The notes under the pieces are model-generated. The model was not told the DNA's origin. It saw nothing but the letters and a program-made list of their open reading frames with translations, and searched no databases. DNA of 64,000 nt from Porticoccaceae bacterium. Lineage in GTDB: Bacteria > Pseudomonadota > Gammaproteobacteria > Pseudomonadales > GM7GCV1. Within the stretch, counting starts at the first letter, position 1; each line of letters starts with the position of its first letter. The position numbers were made by a program, and so were the translations under genes. The stretch covers positions 16,532 through 80,531 of the forward strand of contig JAYQPQ010000001.1 of the NCBI GenBank assembly GCA_038145405.1, given 5' to 3'. Below are positions 62,211 through 64,000 of this stretch, piece by piece.

Positions 62211-62231
62211 ATACATAGATTTTCTATGTAT
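62211..62231. promoter_or_regulatory. Perfect 9-3-9 palindrome (candidate operator)
   Basis: ATACATAGA-TTT-TCTATGTAT, 38 nt upstream of ATG 62269 and just upstream of a TATAAAT -10-like element (62244-62250). Confidence 0.35.
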
Positions 62232-62268
62232 TGTTCTGCAAGGTATAAATACTTCCTCCGGAAAACCC

Positions 62269-62514
62269 ATGAAATCCAGAGCAATAGAGTTTCTGTTGGC
62301 CGGTGCACTGATCGCCCTGGGTCTCGCCCTGGGGTATGGCGGCACGTATTTTGGGCATATCGACGACTCGCCCGGCCTCGGCCTGCTGGGCATTCTGTTG
62401 ATGCTGGGCTGTATCGCGCTGGGAATAAGAAAGGCCTGGCGCAGTGGCAGAGCCGCCAATGCGAACCCTCTTTCGAGCCACAGCGCACATCACCGGAGAG
62501 CCACACATGACTAG
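62269..62514 (+). CDS. Small membrane protein (2 predicted TM helices), hypothetical
   Basis: 81 aa with two hydrophobic spans (FLLAGALIALGLALGY; LGLLGILLMLGCIALGI) and a basic tail. Overlaps the next ORF by 8 nt (ATGACTAG). Confidence 0.45.
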   Translation: MKSRAIEFLLAGALIALGLALGYGGTYFGHIDDSPGLGLLGILLMLGCIALGIRKAWRSGRAANANPLSSHSAHHRRATHD

Positions 62515-62986
62515 CGGACATGACAAGCTCAAAGGGTGGAGCAGCTGGACCTTCGAAGTAAAGGTATGGAAGGTCATTGCCGTACTGGCCATCCTGCCAG
62601 TCCTGGCGCTGTGGTTCAGTATCGTGCATCAGAACGACGAAATTCTGGCACTCATCCGCAATGAAGTTCTGACGGACGTAGCCGGCCAACGCACCTGGGC
62701 CGGCAGCTTTATCAACACGAACGACAGCACGTTGCGCGACGTGGCGGTAACAGTGGACTTCCTCGACAGCCAGGATCGCACGGTGGGAAAGGCTGAAGCG
62801 GAAGCTGGTGAACTACCATTCAGTGAGCAACTGGATCTGCAAGTTGCGCTACCGCCAGACGCAGTGAGGCTGCGCATCTATTCGGTGCAGTGGCGCATGG
62901 ATCGGACGGCGGCGCTGATGGGGCCTTTCCGCAAGCCCTGGGACTTTGGTTACCTAATGGCGAATCCTGCCAACTATGATCGTTGA
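62507..62986 (+). CDS. Single-pass membrane-anchored protein with a beta-rich extracytoplasmic domain (FxLYD/DUF3426-like by eye), hypothetical
   Basis: Start at ATG 62507, translationally coupled to the previous ORF. One TM (VIAVLAILPVLALWFSIV), then an alternating beta pattern (GSFINTNDSTLRDVAVTVDFLDSQDRTVG). Confidence 0.5.
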   Translation: MTSGHDKLKGWSSWTFEVKVWKVIAVLAILPVLALWFSIVHQNDEILALIRNEVLTDVAGQRTWAGSFINTNDSTLRDVAVTVDFLDSQDRTVGKAEAEAGELPFSEQLDLQVALPPDAVRLRIYSVQWRMDRTAALMGPFRKPWDFGYLMANPANYDR

Positions 62987-63037
62987 GGACGAAATGCCCT
63001 ATAAGCCGAGCGTTACAAGCGCACCGAAAGCCCTACC

Positions 63038-63397
63038 ATGAATATCAACAAGGACCTGATCGCCGCCTCCGCCACACCCCTGGTGCTGGCCATTCTGGCT
63101 GAGAGCGAGAGCTACGGTTACGCCATCATCAAGCGGGTCAAGGAGCTTTCCGGCGACCAGTTGCAGTGGACTGACGGCATGCTCTACCCCGTGCTGCACC
63201 GTTTGGAGCGGCAGGGCCACATCGAAGCCAAATGGGGCGAATCGGAAACCGGCCGCAAGCGCAAATACTATCGCCTGACGATTCAGGGCATGGATCAACT
63301 CAAGGATCACAAGGCGCAGTGGCAGATCGTCGATCAGGCGCTCAAAGGAATCTGGAAAATGACCCCGCTCGATGGAGCCACATATGCCAATACCTGA
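63038..63397 (+). CDS. PadR-family transcriptional regulator
   Basis: LVLAILAESESYGYAIIKRVKELSGDQLQWTDGMLYPVLHRLERQGHIEAKW...KRKYYRLT is a canonical PadR wHTH. Confidence 0.88.
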   Translation: MNINKDLIAASATPLVLAILAESESYGYAIIKRVKELSGDQLQWTDGMLYPVLHRLERQGHIEAKWGESETGRKRKYYRLTIQGMDQLKDHKAQWQIVDQALKGIWKMTPLDGATYANT

Positions 63398-64000
63398 ACA
63401 GCCGTTCAGCCTGGAACAGCAGATTGCCGACTGGCGCAAATACCTGCTGGCGCGCAACGCCATCCATGCCAAAGACGCCGACGAACTGGAAGATCACCTG
63501 CGCGATCTGGTGTTTGATCTGATGGGCAAGGGGCTGGATGAAGACGAGGCCTTTCTGGTGGCCACCAAACGCATGGGCGAACTGGACTCGGTGTCGCGCG
63601 AGTTCGCCCTGGAGTACAGCGAGCGCGCCTGGAAGCAATGGGTCGTGCCCTCTGCCGGCGGCAAAGCCGCAGGACTTTCCGAAGAGGTACTGGTGGTCTT
63701 TGCCCTGGCCTGCTGCGCGGCGCTGGCCATCAAGCTGCCCATACTGTTCGGCATACCCTGGGACGATGATGGCGTCAGCTTTTTTGCGCGCAACCTAAGC
63801 CTTTTTGTCTTTCCCTTCCTGGCCATTTATTTCTGCTGGAAGCGACAGCTCACGCCCGACAGCTACTGGAAAATCGGCCTGCCCTTTGTCGCCGGCGCCA
63901 GCTTCGCCAACCTCTATCCCTTGCAAACGGATGGATCGACAGAAGTTCTGAGTATTCTGCACCTGCCCATTGCCCTTTGGCTGGTCATTGGCCTGGCCTA
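63384..64000 (+). CDS. PadR-associated membrane protein with an N-terminal helical sensor/anchor domain, followed by polytopic TM region (3' end outside the window)
   Basis: Not in the ORF track because no stop is reached. ATG 63384 overlaps the padR stop. MPIPEQPFSLEQQIADWRKYLLARNAIHAKDADELEDHLRDLVFDLMGKGLDEDEAFLVATKRMGELDSVSREFA is the helical prefix commonly encoded after padR, and TM helices follow. Confidence 0.7.
   Translation, partial: MPIPEQPFSLEQQIADWRKYLLARNAIHAKDADELEDHLRDLVFDLMGKGLDEDEAFLVATKRMGELDSVSREFALEYSERAWKQWVVPSAGGKAAGLSEEVLVVFALACCAALAIKLPILFGIPWDDDGVSFFARNLSLFVFPFLAIYFCWKRQLTPDSYWKIGLPFVAGASFANLYPLQTDGSTEVLSILHLPIALWLVIGLA

Overview
GC-rich (roughly 60% by eye) chromosomal segment with gammaproteobacterial core gene order. 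Conserved blocks, in order:
- 5'-truncated tolC, then waaA and a Fur-box-controlled fbpAB
- ubiH-pepP-ygfB, with the divergent zapA-6S RNA-5-formyl-THF cyclo-ligase block
- ilvA, rpiA and tkt-epd/gap-pgk-fba
- a long collinear minus-strand block, proA-nadD-rsfS-rlmH-mrdA-rodA-mltB-rlpA-dac-ybeD-lipB-lipA
- PIN-PhoH2 plus a Lon-N-domain gene
- a GGDEF/EAL sensor followed by a two-gene RND pump
- pckA, hslR-yrfG, cysQ, ycbL and a fabH paralog
- a nine-gene iscR-sufBCDS-sufA-sufT-sufE operon

The last ~13 kb is more accessory: PhoX-like, VIT, AraC-Ogt, modABC, an odd low-GC singleton, katG, an OprO/P-type porin, two small membrane genes and a PadR module that runs off the window.

I call about 60 CDS, one ncRNA (6S) and one decayed gene. 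I saw no tRNA, rRNA, CRISPR array, IS element, integrase or phage genes.

I do not see a convincing novel multi-gene system; most of the window is ordinary core genome. The best leads are single loci:
- a low-GC protein-glutaminase-like gene with a changed nucleophile (57.0-58.1 kb)
- an orphan ORF wedged exactly between rpiA and the fba terminator (11.5-12.1 kb)
- an M14 peptidase gene broken by two TAG codons and a frameshift (17.5-18.4 kb)
- an overlapping PhoH2/Lon-N pair
- an orphan minus-strand terminator with a perfect palindrome near 62.0-62.2 kb
- Pho, Fur and IscR boxes read directly from the sequence

All family assignments come from reading motifs by eye and from memory. No searches were run.
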